Source: Candidatus Saccharimonadales bacterium (lineage in GTDB: Bacteria > Patescibacteriota > Saccharimonadia > Saccharimonadales > JBGSXW01). From it: a stretch of DNA of 64,000 nucleotides. A program made the position numbers and the translations under genes. Under the pieces are notes generated by a model. It did no database searches. It was not told the origin of the DNA and saw only the letters and a program-made list of their open reading frames with translations. Of the stretch, positions 26,315-35,257 are shown piece by piece (within the stretch, counting starts at the first letter, position 1; each line of letters starts with the position of its first letter). The DNA lies in assembly GCA_041751215.1 (NCBI GenBank), contig JBGSXW010000005.1, positions 195,664 through 259,663 of the forward strand, written 5' to 3'.

Positions 26315-26427
26315 GAGATTTTTCATTTGTTTTTCATCCTACGCTAAGCAAACTTTAGCTAAAGTTGCATTGAAGGTAGGTTTGCCCCCTGGGAGGGCGG
26401 GGCTGTGCCAAGAAGCCAAGAGGTGCT

Positions 26428-27069
26428 ATGGCTGGTCGTAACATGCAACAACGAGTCAGAGAGTTCAATGAGCTTAGCAACTGCTTTAGCGAACTCCGCC
26501 CGCCAAAAGACTGGCAAGTTATTTTTGGGAACGAACACCCAATTAATCTAGAACTGGGCTGTGGAAAAGCCGAAGTCAGTGTCGCTCTGGCTAGTTTGCA
26601 CCCAGAACACAATTTTGTTGGAGTTGATCTTAAGGCCACCAGACTTTGGCGACCAGCTAAAACCGCGCTAGCAAATAACCAAACCAACCTAGCTTTTTTG
26701 CAGCTACACATTTTAACGCTTGGTGAGTTTTTTGCCGATAATTCTGTTGATTCGATCTGGATTACGTTTCCCGATCCATATCCCAAAGCCAGGCAAGCCA
26801 AGCATCGAATGCTAAACAATAACTTCCTAGACCTTTACAAACAGCTTTTAAAGCCCGGCGGGTCGGTTAACTTTAAAACCGATAACTTAAAATTGTTTGA
26901 GTATTGTCTAGAAGTACTAGCTGAGCGCCCAGACATAACAACTCATGAACTGTCTTTTGATTTGCACAACAGTGATCTGCCGGCTGCCACCAAGATCGAA
27001 ACAACTTACGAAAAAAAGTTTCGAGCAATGGGTGAGACTATTAACTATGTTCAGTTTACGTTTTCTTAA
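26428..27069 (+). CDS. trmB: tRNA (guanine46-N7)-methyltransferase
   Basis: LELGCGKAE (the SAM motif) and WITFPDPYPK are typical of TrmB. Confidence 0.85.
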   Translation: MAGRNMQQRVREFNELSNCFSELRPPKDWQVIFGNEHPINLELGCGKAEVSVALASLHPEHNFVGVDLKATRLWRPAKTALANNQTNLAFLQLHILTLGEFFADNSVDSIWITFPDPYPKARQAKHRMLNNNFLDLYKQLLKPGGSVNFKTDNLKLFEYCLEVLAERPDITTHELSFDLHNSDLPAATKIETTYEKKFRAMGETINYVQFTFS

Positions 27070-28348
27070 AGTTTTTATTAAAGTTTTCCCGGGCCCAATC
27101 GTCCAAATCTCCGGCCGCCATCAATATTACAATTCCCTGTGATCTAAAGCTATCAATGTTTTGCTTGAGATCTTCATTCATGTTCGCTTCTTGATAGCTT
27201 GGCCCGGGGCTAAGTCCGCTAATCATCTCGGTAGGAGTCAAAACGCGCTTGTTATCCTCTCGACTTAAGTAGGTCGGCAGCCAATAGACTTGGCTTGCGG
27301 CTGCAAAACAGTCTTGGTATTCGTTTTTAAGTTCGTGCTGGCGCATGTTTTGGTGGGGCTGATACACCACACAGATGTCCTTGCCGAGCTCAGACAAGGC
27401 CTGCAGGGTGGCTTTGATCTCAGCCGGGTGATGGGCATAGTCGGTATAGAGATTGCTAGCTAGGAGCTCCAGACGTCGCTCGGTTCCTGGGAAGCGATTT
27501 AAAGCGTCGGTAACTTTGTCGTAAGGAGCCAGCTCTAGATCTGTTATGGCCGTTCTAACTAAAGCCGCATTTTGTCGATTATGATCGCCCAGTTGCTCCA
27601 AACCCTCTAGGCTTGGCGCCCCCATTTCTAGCATGTGCCGATTGTCAGAAGGCTTTAGCTGCAGGTAGTTGGCGATTTGTTGCCACGTTATTACTTTTAG
27701 TGATTGGTCGGCAAACTGGTTAAAGGCTTGTTTGTAGTCATTGACTGTCGGGTAGATGTCGGCGTGATCGTAATCGACTGCAGTTAAGATTGATAGTTCC
27801 GGCCTAAAGGCAAGAAAGTTGCGATCATATTCATCGGCTTCATAAACAAAGTAACTACTATCTTCTCTAAATTGCCCGTTCGGGCCAAAGCTGATGTGCG
27901 TGCCGATTGAGTAGCTAACTGGGATGCCAAGGTCTTTAAAAGCCCAAACCAACATGGCCGTAGTCGAAGTTTTACCGTGCGTGCCGGCAATCGCAATTAA
28001 GTTGAGCCCGGTCTCTTTGATTAAATTGGCAATGAATTCATCGCGCTTACTGGTTTTAACGTTGTTTTCTAATGCAAATTTAAGCTGAGGATTATCTTCT
28101 GGCAGGGCCGAGCTGTAGACGAACCAATCAATCGGCTGCTCCTTGTGCAGCTGAGCAATCGAATCAGCAGTCTGGTCGAGGATGACTTTAATCCCGTCAG
28201 CCTCTACGCCGTCGGTGTACCGACTTTGGCTAAGATCAGAACCACTAACCTTGTAGCCCACATCTTTAGCGATCCGAGCTAGAGGACCGATCGCCACTCC
28301 GCCTACGCCGGCAAAGAATATGTGCGTATCTTTTGGGCTCTGTTTCAT
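27056..28348 (-). CDS. Mur ligase family protein (MurC/Mpl-like UDP-N-acetylmuramate ligase)
   Basis: The N-terminal Rossmann segment is FFAGVGGVAIGPLA and the ATP-binding P-loop is AIAGTHGKTSTTAML. I cannot separate MurC from Mpl by eye. Confidence 0.8.
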   Translation of the reverse strand: MKQSPKDTHIFFAGVGGVAIGPLARIAKDVGYKVSGSDLSQSRYTDGVEADGIKVILDQTADSIAQLHKEQPIDWFVYSSALPEDNPQLKFALENNVKTSKRDEFIANLIKETGLNLIAIAGTHGKTSTTAMLVWAFKDLGIPVSYSIGTHISFGPNGQFREDSSYFVYEADEYDRNFLAFRPELSILTAVDYDHADIYPTVNDYKQAFNQFADQSLKVITWQQIANYLQLKPSDNRHMLEMGAPSLEGLEQLGDHNRQNAALVRTAITDLELAPYDKVTDALNRFPGTERRLELLASNLYTDYAHHPAEIKATLQALSELGKDICVVYQPHQNMRQHELKNEYQDCFAAASQVYWLPTYLSREDNKRVLTPTEMISGLSPGPSYQEANMNEDLKQNIDSFRSQGIVILMAAGDLDDWARENFNKNFKKT

Positions 28349-28503
28349 GATTACATTTTATCCTAACGGTGCTAATTCGCGACGAAGCGCGCATGACTTA
28401 AAGTTCGTATCAATATTTGCGACCCTCATGACTAAACAGGGAACTAGCTAAATAGGGTCTAATTATACTTCACTCAGAGTGTATACTAAACTTAAGCATT
28501 AGC

Positions 28504-29112
28504 ATGAATAAGCTCAAAAACATCTTAGAACAGGTTAAACTTTGGCAGCTCATGCTTGCCTTTGTTGTTTCGTTGCCAATTAGCGCTTGGTTGCTTAGAC
28601 AAAACAATCTCGAGATGATCGAATTACGAGAAGCAGTAATTTTAGCCGACGAAGCAACCGGGGACATTGAGCAAGTTGAGCCAGCCTTAATCGATCTTCA
28701 AAATTACGTTACAAGTCATATGAATACCGATTTAGGGCAACCTCTTGAATTGCCTGGAGTTTATAACAGGGCGGTTAAGCAAATTCAAAATAATCTAAAG
28801 AGCGACACGGTAAAGCGTGCTTACCGACAGGCCGAACTGCAGTGTAGTAGGCCAAGCATTCCGATTAGCAACCAGGCTCAGTGTATTCAAGATTATGTTA
28901 TTAGTCGCGGAGGACCAGCCGCTCAGTCACTAGTATTCCCGCCCAAAGAGCGCTTTAGCTATTCATTTATTTCGCCTAGATGGTCGCTCGATCTTGCGGG
29001 ACTCAGCGTCTTAATCAGTGCCCTGCTGGGTCTGGCGATCATCGGCCAGTTGTTACTAGAGTTTGCTGCTCCAAGAATTGCTCGCTCACTAACCGATGAC
29101 GATTTGAGATAG
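28504..29112 (+). CDS. hypothetical membrane protein
   Basis: 202 aa with N- and C-terminal TM segments. No family recognised. Confidence 0.45.
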   Translation: MNKLKNILEQVKLWQLMLAFVVSLPISAWLLRQNNLEMIELREAVILADEATGDIEQVEPALIDLQNYVTSHMNTDLGQPLELPGVYNRAVKQIQNNLKSDTVKRAYRQAELQCSRPSIPISNQAQCIQDYVISRGGPAAQSLVFPPKERFSYSFISPRWSLDLAGLSVLISALLGLAIIGQLLLEFAAPRIARSLTDDDLR

Positions 29113-29113
29113 A

Positions 29114-29662
29114 TTATTCTGAGTCTTTTTGATCGACGTACTTCTCGATGGCTTCAACAACTTTGCTGCTGTCCTGGCTCTTGAGGTTTTCCCAGAACAT
29201 AACGCTTTCGCGGCTAAAGACAATTGTGTCTTCGGGGCCATGGAGTTCGTTACCAAGTTTTACTAGAGTGATCTTTGGCTGTTGCTCGCCGGCTTCTTTG
29301 CCTTTGGGTTGAATTTGCTGCTCAATTTGCAAGTAGTAAACATCTTCTAGGGTTAGCCAGCTGCTGTCGACGCTAGAGATTTTACCAAAGTAGACTTGCC
29401 GACCATCGTTTAGAAAGACGGCCTGGTATTGATCTTTATTAACTAGCGATCCAGGGTTAGTGCTGAGGTCATCGCTGCTATTTACAATAGCGTAACCTAC
29501 AAATGCAGTGACGGCGACTGAAACTACAATCAATGAAATCACTAAAAGCTTGCCAATAACACCAGACTTCTTAGCGGTGGCCGATGCCATTTCGGAGAAT
29601 GTTTCTCCGTTGTTACGATTCTTTGATTGGTCACCCTTTGGTGCTCTAAATCCTTCCATCAC
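29114..29662 (-). CDS. hypothetical membrane-anchored protein
   Basis: 182 aa with a basic N-tail, one TM segment and an extracytoplasmic domain. No family recognised. Confidence 0.45.
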   Translation of the reverse strand: MMEGFRAPKGDQSKNRNNGETFSEMASATAKKSGVIGKLLVISLIVVSVAVTAFVGYAIVNSSDDLSTNPGSLVNKDQYQAVFLNDGRQVYFGKISSVDSSWLTLEDVYYLQIEQQIQPKGKEAGEQQPKITLVKLGNELHGPEDTIVFSRESVMFWENLKSQDSSKVVEAIEKYVDQKDSE

Positions 29663-29780
29663 CCCTCCTAATTAGGTTGCTTGTGGTCAACCAACAGTTT
29701 AGCGTAAAAGCACTACCACAATCAATGCTTACTTTCTTAGAGTCCCAATACTGATGAAGTGTTTAAACTTTAAATAAGAA

Positions 29781-29808
29781 AACCGGCGGATTTTTGGTCC
29801 GCCGGTTT
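29781..29808 (-). terminator. Rho-independent terminator candidate (usable in both directions)
   Basis: The hairpin ACCGGCGGA-TTTTTGG-TCCGCCGGT is flanked by T-rich runs on both strands. It lies just downstream of the 29837..30037 gene. Confidence 0.6.
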
Positions 29809-29836
29809 ATGTTTGTTTGCGCTTACTGTTATACGC

Positions 29837-30037
29837 CTAGGCGCGCTTAAGAGTCAAGAAGCCATTGCGTGGGTTCTCAACAACTTGGCGGTCGCTAGGT
29901 ACAGCGTCGACTGCATCACCAGGACGCTCGTCCTTGGCAAAGTAGTAAATTCTCTGTTCCTTACCACCACGTAGGACAACGTCCTTAGCGTGTAGATAGT
30001 ACGTCACCCCTTTAGAGTTTGTGTGTGAATACGCCAT
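29837..30037 (-). CDS. small basic hypothetical protein
   Basis: 66 aa with GGAGG upstream. No family recognised. Confidence 0.5.
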   Translation of the reverse strand: MAYSHTNSKGVTYYLHAKDVVLRGGKEQRIYYFAKDERPGDAVDAVPSDRQVVENPRNGFLTLKRA

Positions 30038-30231
30038 GTCACCTCCTTAAAGTTTCTTGCGTACCCCTAAAATACGCTCGGCTCGGAGCCTTTGTCAACT
30101 AAATTCTCAGATCAAGGATTATTTCTTGAGTGGTTTTAACAGAGGCCAGAAGCGGCGGAATAATCCGCAGTTTAATTCCGGAAATTTTAGGGCTTTAGCG
30201 ACAGGTAATAGAGCGCTATACTGGCTGGGAA

Positions 30232-31014
30232 ATGACTAAAAAATCAAGCAAATCGGCCAAGCGTGACGTCGTAGTTGTTAAAGATCTTAAGAAGACCTAC
30301 GGCAAAAAAGACGTCGTTAAGGGTGTTAGCTTCTCGGTTCATGAAGGCGAAATCTTTGGAATTCTTGGCCCGAATGGGGCGGGTAAAACGACTACGCTTG
30401 AGATGATCGAAGCTTTGCGTCCGATCGATGGCGGCTCGGTTACGCTAGCTGGGATCGATGTAGCGGCAAATCCAATGGCCATTAAGGAAGTAATCGGCGT
30501 CCAACTTCAGGCCAGCGCTTTCTTTGAAAAGCTCAATCTTATCGAACAGCTTAATATGTTTGCCGCGCTTTACGGTGATACCGTTGACCCTAAGCAGCTG
30601 CTCGAAGAGGTCCAGTTAAGCGACAAGGCTAAGAGCTACGTTGAAACCATGTCCGGTGGGCAGAAGCAACGTTTTAGCATTGCCAGTGCACTTGTTCATA
30701 AGCCTAAAGTGCTGTTCCTAGACGAGCCGACAACTGGGCTGGATCCGCAGGCTCGGCGAAATCTCTGGGACCTTATCAAGGGCGTAAAAAAGAAGGGCAT
30801 CACCGTCATCATGACCTCTCACTACATGGAAGAAGCGCAGCTGCTCTGTGACCGTGTGGCAATTATGGACGATGGCAAAATTGTTGCGCTCGATTCGCCG
30901 TCTAAGTTGATCAAAGACCTGCTAGATTCTGGCTTTAAGAAATCCCAGCATGTAGAACAGGCCGATCTAGAAGACGTATTTATTCAGCTGACGGGTAAGG
31001 ATCTGAGGGAATAG
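30232..31014 (+). CDS. ABC transporter ATP-binding protein (ABC-2/DrrA-like)
   Basis: Walker A is GPNGAGKTT, the signature is MSGGQKQR, and Walker B is LFLDEPTTGLD. TATACT (30217..30222) lies 9 nt before the ATG. Confidence 0.9.
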   Translation: MTKKSSKSAKRDVVVVKDLKKTYGKKDVVKGVSFSVHEGEIFGILGPNGAGKTTTLEMIEALRPIDGGSVTLAGIDVAANPMAIKEVIGVQLQASAFFEKLNLIEQLNMFAALYGDTVDPKQLLEEVQLSDKAKSYVETMSGGQKQRFSIASALVHKPKVLFLDEPTTGLDPQARRNLWDLIKGVKKKGITVIMTSHYMEEAQLLCDRVAIMDDGKIVALDSPSKLIKDLLDSGFKKSQHVEQADLEDVFIQLTGKDLRE

Positions 31015-31015
31015 C

Positions 31016-32125
31016 ATGACTAGGCGATATCTAATCGGCGTAAGATCGTTAACCATCTCTTACATAAAGCGCTTTTTCCGCGACAAAATCGCGCTATTCT
31101 TTGTGTTTCTTTTCCCGCTGATGTTTTTGCTAGTTTTTGGCGCGCTCAACCGCGATGAAGGCGGCATTAGTTTTGAAGTGGCGTTGATTAACAAGTCTCA
31201 GAGCCAATTTGCTACGGAATTTGTAGCTAATTCCAAGGAGTCAACATCGCTCAAACTAAACGAGGAAATAACCGATATCGAGGACGCCAAGGAACGCATG
31301 GGCCGCGGCGAGCTTGATAGCATCATTGAGCTACCAGAGACTTTCGGTAATCCAAACACTGATGGCCTGCCGAGTGGCGAGATGATCGTTTACTACGAAG
31401 AGGCTAACCCTCAAACAGGCAAAACACTCGCTTCGGCCCTTCAAGGCGAGTTAGACGTAATTAACCGCAAACTAACTAAGGTTAAAGATCCGTTTGTGGT
31501 TAAAACTCAATCGACGGCAACCGCTAACCTGAGTTCGTTTGACTATGTATTCTCGGGCTTGCTTGGATTTTCATTGCTTAGCCTTGGGATCTTTGGAATG
31601 GCCAACAGCTTTCCGGCCGAGAAAAAGACTGGCGCCCTGCGTCGACTACGCGTTGCACCAATCGGCGCCTCGCAGCTTATTTTTGCAAACGGACTAAGCT
31701 ATCTGGTTAGTGGTCTGCTCAGTGCAGCGACTATGGTGATAGCGGCGTTGGTGATCTTTGATTTCAATATGCGCGGCGATTATCTGAGCTTGTCGTTGTT
31801 TGTGATTATCTCAATTGTGATGTTGTTTGGTTTCGGTCTAGCCATTGGTGGTTGGGCAAAGAACGAAAACCAAGCCGCACCACTTAGCAATATCGTCGCC
31901 TTTCCAATGATGTTCTTGTCGGGAGTCTTTTTCCCTCGATTCTTGATGCCAGAATGGCTGCAAATGGTTACCGATTATCTGCCTTTAACTCCAGTTGTCG
32001 ATGGCTTACGCGAGATAACTGCCGAGGGAGCAACAATTCTTGACCTCGGGCCAGAGTTGGCAATTATGGCGGGCTGGATTTTGGTTATTTACTTTGTTGC
32101 TATTCGCGTCTTTCGCTGGGAGTAG
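31016..32125 (+). CDS. ABC-2 type transporter permease
   Basis: 369 aa with an N-terminal TM segment, a large loop and 5 C-terminal TM helices. It starts 1 nt after the ATPase gene. Confidence 0.85.
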   Translation: MTRRYLIGVRSLTISYIKRFFRDKIALFFVFLFPLMFLLVFGALNRDEGGISFEVALINKSQSQFATEFVANSKESTSLKLNEEITDIEDAKERMGRGELDSIIELPETFGNPNTDGLPSGEMIVYYEEANPQTGKTLASALQGELDVINRKLTKVKDPFVVKTQSTATANLSSFDYVFSGLLGFSLLSLGIFGMANSFPAEKKTGALRRLRVAPIGASQLIFANGLSYLVSGLLSAATMVIAALVIFDFNMRGDYLSLSLFVIISIVMLFGFGLAIGGWAKNENQAAPLSNIVAFPMMFLSGVFFPRFLMPEWLQMVTDYLPLTPVVDGLREITAEGATILDLGPELAIMAGWILVIYFVAIRVFRWE

Positions 32126-32130
32126 AAGAT

Positions 32131-32288
32131 TGCCACTTTTTAAAAAGTGGCTCAAAACTTTCCCGCTGCTACCAAAACACTCTTGAAACTAGTTCAGCCA
32201 GAGCTCGGGTAGCTGTGGAGTCCGTCCGAACAGTCCTCGCTACGCCGGGCTCTGGCTTCCAAGTCTCAGAGGTTTTGGTAGGGGCGGG
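32131..32288 (+). repeat. structured intergenic repeat, copy D
   Basis: It starts 6 nt after the permease stop. H1 is GCCACTTTT-TAAA-AAGTGGC. Helices are CCCGC..CTACCAAAAC..CTCT/AGAG..GTTTTGGTAG..GCGGG, GCCAGAGC/GCTCTGGC and GTAGC/GCTAC. Confidence 0.7.
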
Positions 32289-32334
32289 CTCTAGCTTAAT
32301 TCTCCCCTGCCTGCAGGCAAGCTTGCATTGCATC

Positions 32335-32405
32335 GCTGAAAAGTGGTCAGTAACAATATCGTCATTCCTGCGCTCCTAGCTTCAGATGTTTTGGTAGGGG
32401 CGGGG
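32335..32405 (+). repeat. internally deleted second copy of the structured repeat
   Basis: AAAAGTGGTCAGTAAC resembles the H1 3' half. CTAGCTTCAGATGTTTTGGTAGGGGCGGGG duplicates the right arm of copy D (32258..32288). Confidence 0.55.
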
Positions 32406-32426
32406 TTGAGTTATAATCACAAAACT

Positions 32427-33368
32427 ATGAATATTTGGCAGGAATTAAAGAAACCATTTTTCGTATTGGCGCCGATGGACGACGTTACGGACACTGTGTT
32501 CAGGCAAGTGGTTGCTGAGTGCGCCCGACCTGATTTGTTTTTTACTGAGTTTGTCTCGGTTGACGGGCTGCAGTCCAAGGGACGGGAAGCGCTTCTGAAT
32601 AAACTTAAATTCACCGACCAAGAGACCCCACTGATTGCTCAGATTTGGGGCATGAATCCAGACAACTATGCTAAGACTAGCAAGCAACTTTACAAGATGG
32701 GTTTTGCAGGCGTTGATATAAACATGGGCTGTCCGGTTCCGAAGGTGATAAAACTAGGCGCCTGCTCTGCGTTAATGAAGGATCGGCCCTTAGTTACCGA
32801 GATCATCCAGGCCACCAAACAGGGCCGACTGCCGGTTAGCGTTAAAACCCGCCTTGGCTTTAACGAGATTGATTTGAGTTGGATCGAGTTTTTACTTGAG
32901 CATCAATTAGCTGCTCTGACTATCCACGTTAGAACCGTAAAAGAACTCTCTAAAGCTCCGGCCAAGTGGGAGTTATTGCCCGAGATCATTAAACTACGAG
33001 ACAAAATTTCGCCCGAAACCTTAATTATTGGCAACGGAGACGTGTTAAGCCACAAACAGGGCCTAGAGCTGGCCGCGGAAACTGGCGTGGGCGGTATTAT
33101 GATCGGCCGCGGAGTGTTTCAGGATCCGTATGTGTTTACACCAAAATCGCCGTGGCCAAAGCAGGATAAGAGCGCTCGACTTAAGTTGTTTGCTCGACAT
33201 CTCGATCTGTTTATTGACACTTGGAATGGCAATCAAAATCCGGCAGCATTAAAAAAGTTTGCCAAGATTTACATCAACGGATTTGCTGGCGCTTCGGATC
33301 TAAGGTCAAGGCTAATGGACTGCAAAACTGCTCAAGACATGAAGACTCTTGTGCTTAGTGAAGTTTAA
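32427..33368 (+). CDS. dus: tRNA-dihydrouridine synthase
   Basis: FFVLAPMDDVTDTVFR and GVDINMGCP are Dus family motifs. The start was moved to ATG 32427, 9 nt after TATAAT (32412..32417). The upstream part of the tracked ORF lies in the repeat. Confidence 0.85.
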   Translation: MNIWQELKKPFFVLAPMDDVTDTVFRQVVAECARPDLFFTEFVSVDGLQSKGREALLNKLKFTDQETPLIAQIWGMNPDNYAKTSKQLYKMGFAGVDINMGCPVPKVIKLGACSALMKDRPLVTEIIQATKQGRLPVSVKTRLGFNEIDLSWIEFLLEHQLAALTIHVRTVKELSKAPAKWELLPEIIKLRDKISPETLIIGNGDVLSHKQGLELAAETGVGGIMIGRGVFQDPYVFTPKSPWPKQDKSARLKLFARHLDLFIDTWNGNQNPAALKKFAKIYINGFAGASDLRSRLMDCKTAQDMKTLVLSEV

Positions 33369-33385
33369 GTTGGTAAAATTATCTA

Positions 33386-34258
33386 ATGAGCGAACAGTGG
33401 CGCTTTATAGATCCCAACTTTGAGTTAGCCGAGGCAATCGACGGCTTTGAACTCGTGGTTCATCCTAGTGAGACTGTTTTTAGACCTAATGCCGAACTTT
33501 TGCCGGATAGCGAAGTCGATGAGCGAGCAGTCATAGACGCGCTAAACGGAGTGGAATATGCTGTCGCGACTCCCGATGCTGGATACCGTTTCTTAGGTAA
33601 TCGAGACCTGCCTCACATACGAAACATGGCAGCCTACCTAGAGGGTTCAAGAAAGCGAGCCGCTAAGGATCTTGACCAAGATTATGATTCCGATCGTATC
33701 TGGAACAATCAGCAAGCAGCCGAGCGATCAGTTAGGCGCTTCCACCAAGATGACCTTTCCATGCGAGGTTTAGCTGCCCAGTGGCAGCACGATTTACTAT
33801 TTGAAGCTATTTGGTCTTTTGATGATAGAACCAAAACGCAAACGGATACCAGCGAAGCAAAAACTAGGCCTCGCCCAGAGGGCTACAACCTAGAAGAGCT
33901 CATCGGTATAGAGCTCATCAGGCGCATGCTCAATGACTTTAATGACGCCGCAGCTCGGCGTCCTTCGGCCCGTGACGAGCAGTTTGTTAACAAAGAAAAC
34001 CTTAGCCTGTTAGAGCGAGGCTTAAATCAGGCGGTTGCCCTTAATGATCTTGATATGCTAATGAGATTTAGTACTGTAGCTATGGCCCACTATGAAAAGA
34101 AAGCTCGGTGCATATACCTGGAACTGGTTCGCTTAACAGATTCTCGCAAAGGCGGCACTGAGCGACGAAGTCCAGAGGTCAGAGAAGCAGTGTTCTTGTA
34201 TCAGCAGGAACGCCAGCATGTGCGAAGGCAAGTTCCCTCTCGGTATAGCGCATCATAA
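33386..34258 (+). CDS. hypothetical cytoplasmic protein
   Basis: 290 aa, charged and helical. No motif recognised. Confidence 0.45.
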   Translation: MSEQWRFIDPNFELAEAIDGFELVVHPSETVFRPNAELLPDSEVDERAVIDALNGVEYAVATPDAGYRFLGNRDLPHIRNMAAYLEGSRKRAAKDLDQDYDSDRIWNNQQAAERSVRRFHQDDLSMRGLAAQWQHDLLFEAIWSFDDRTKTQTDTSEAKTRPRPEGYNLEELIGIELIRRMLNDFNDAAARRPSARDEQFVNKENLSLLERGLNQAVALNDLDMLMRFSTVAMAHYEKKARCIYLELVRLTDSRKGGTERRSPEVREAVFLYQQERQHVRRQVPSRYSAS

Positions 34259-34285
34259 GCCGCTAGCTGCCCAGAAACTCTCCAG

Positions 34286-34900
34286 CTAAAGTGCTACAAC
34301 TGTGTAAAGAACTGTCTGAGTATAGGTATCGGGAGCAACCCCGAAGTCAGCTCGAGCTCCATACCAAACGTAGGTTGTGTCGCCTAAGGTTGCACTTGAT
34401 GACGTGGTCTTGATGGTTGCCGCGCTACCAAGCAGGGGCATGCCAGCAAAAGTGAGACTAGATGACGGCTGATTAGTAACGGCAGAGGTTGGGCCAGCCC
34501 CAAAACCAGAGAAATCATCAATTCTATAGCCCCACTCATTGCCCGTTAAAACACTCGGGCTTGCTGGGGTTCCAGAAACAGCCGTCAGCTCATCGACTAC
34601 TCCTTCAAGGGAGTTTTCTGTAGCTGATGATGATTCGAGTGTCATGGTATAGCCTGCAGAGCTGTTTGTGATAACGTTGACTTCATCTTCATCAATTGTA
34701 ATGACACCGTCTACGGTTGGCTCGACCGTTAGGCTAACATTACTTATAGTTGCTATGCTAATTTGGCAAGCATCGTTGTAACTGCACCGCCCGTACATAC
34801 TGCGCCCGTACAAGCTCGCGGAGGTAAGTTCATTCTGGGCAACGACTAGTCCACTCAACAGAACAAACCCCAAAACAAGCCTTGATAACGGTCTCTTCAT
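34286..34900 (-). CDS. secreted WxL-like beta-rich surface protein, paralog 1
   Basis: The start is set at MKRPLSRLVLGFVLLSGLVVAQ (signal peptide). SAGYTMTLESSSATENSLEG, GNEWGYRI, TTYVWYGARADFGVAPDTYTQTVLYTVV parallel the two paralogs at 40.4-41.7 kb and the general WxL-domain layout. Confidence 0.55.
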   Translation of the reverse strand: MKRPLSRLVLGFVLLSGLVVAQNELTSASLYGRSMYGRCSYNDACQISIATISNVSLTVEPTVDGVITIDEDEVNVITNSSAGYTMTLESSSATENSLEGVVDELTAVSGTPASPSVLTGNEWGYRIDDFSGFGAGPTSAVTNQPSSSLTFAGMPLLGSAATIKTTSSSATLGDTTYVWYGARADFGVAPDTYTQTVLYTVVAL

Positions 34901-34961
34901 GAGCACTATGTTACCATGCTTATGTATTACAATAGTAGCGATAATCAGGGGAGAAGCAGCG

Positions 34962-35180
34962 ATGCAGAAGCACTTTGAAGCATTGTCACAGCGACACATG
35001 ACTCGGAGAGAATTTCTCCGCAACGTAGGCTTAGTCACATTATCCATTATTGGCGTCGGACGCTTCATAAAGTATTTGGACCAGCCTGGAAAAACTCCAA
35101 GCGGCCCAACAAGAGGCTATGGGCGCAACTCGTTTGGTGGCCGCGGCCGCAAAGCCGTCAAAGCCCAGTCAAAAACTTAG
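34962..35180 (+). CDS. small protein with an RR-containing hydrophobic N-terminus and a Gly/Arg-rich tail
   Basis: MQKHFEALSQRHMTRREFLRNVGLVTLSIIGVG looks like a twin-arginine-type signal. The start choice is uncertain (34962 or 34998). Confidence 0.35.
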   Translation: MQKHFEALSQRHMTRREFLRNVGLVTLSIIGVGRFIKYLDQPGKTPSGPTRGYGRNSFGGRGRKAVKAQSKT

Positions 35181-35257
35181 TAACTTATATCTGTGAAAAA
35201 GTACTTTGAGAGGTGTTTTTCTGCTAGAATAATGCTAATGACTTGGGGAAACAAATA

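Noticed and set aside
26355-26819. 154-aa ORF antisense to trmB.
   Set aside because: It overlaps a confidently identified trmB on the other strand. It has no motifs and a Cys/Ser/Leu-rich composition.
14852-32288. The repeats as integron attC sites. They are imperfect palindromes immediately after stop codons, all in one orientation.
   Set aside because: The arms lack the RYYYAAC/GTTRRRY core sites and no intI is present. The intervening genes are multi-gene housekeeping blocks (aspS, ABC transporter, Mur ligase) rather than cassettes.
32310-32334. CCTGCAGGCAAGCTTGCATTGCATC resembles a pUC-type polylinker (PstI, HindIII and SphI-like sites), so vector contamination was considered.
   Set aside because: The order and spacing do not match the pUC18/19 MCS (AAGCTTGCATGCCTGCAGG). 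The match is only short palindromic hexamers. The flanks are continuous with native repeat sequence and a native promoter.
34901-35068. N-terminal extensions of tracked ORFs. This one is 34286..35068. Similar cases are 50851..51525, 3848..4210, 3208..3813, 25925..26314 and 32343..33368.
   Set aside because: The extensions precede an obvious signal peptide or conserved N-terminus. They overlap neighbouring features (tRNA-like gene, repeat, MscS). The internal ATGs have SD or -10 boxes at the proper distance.
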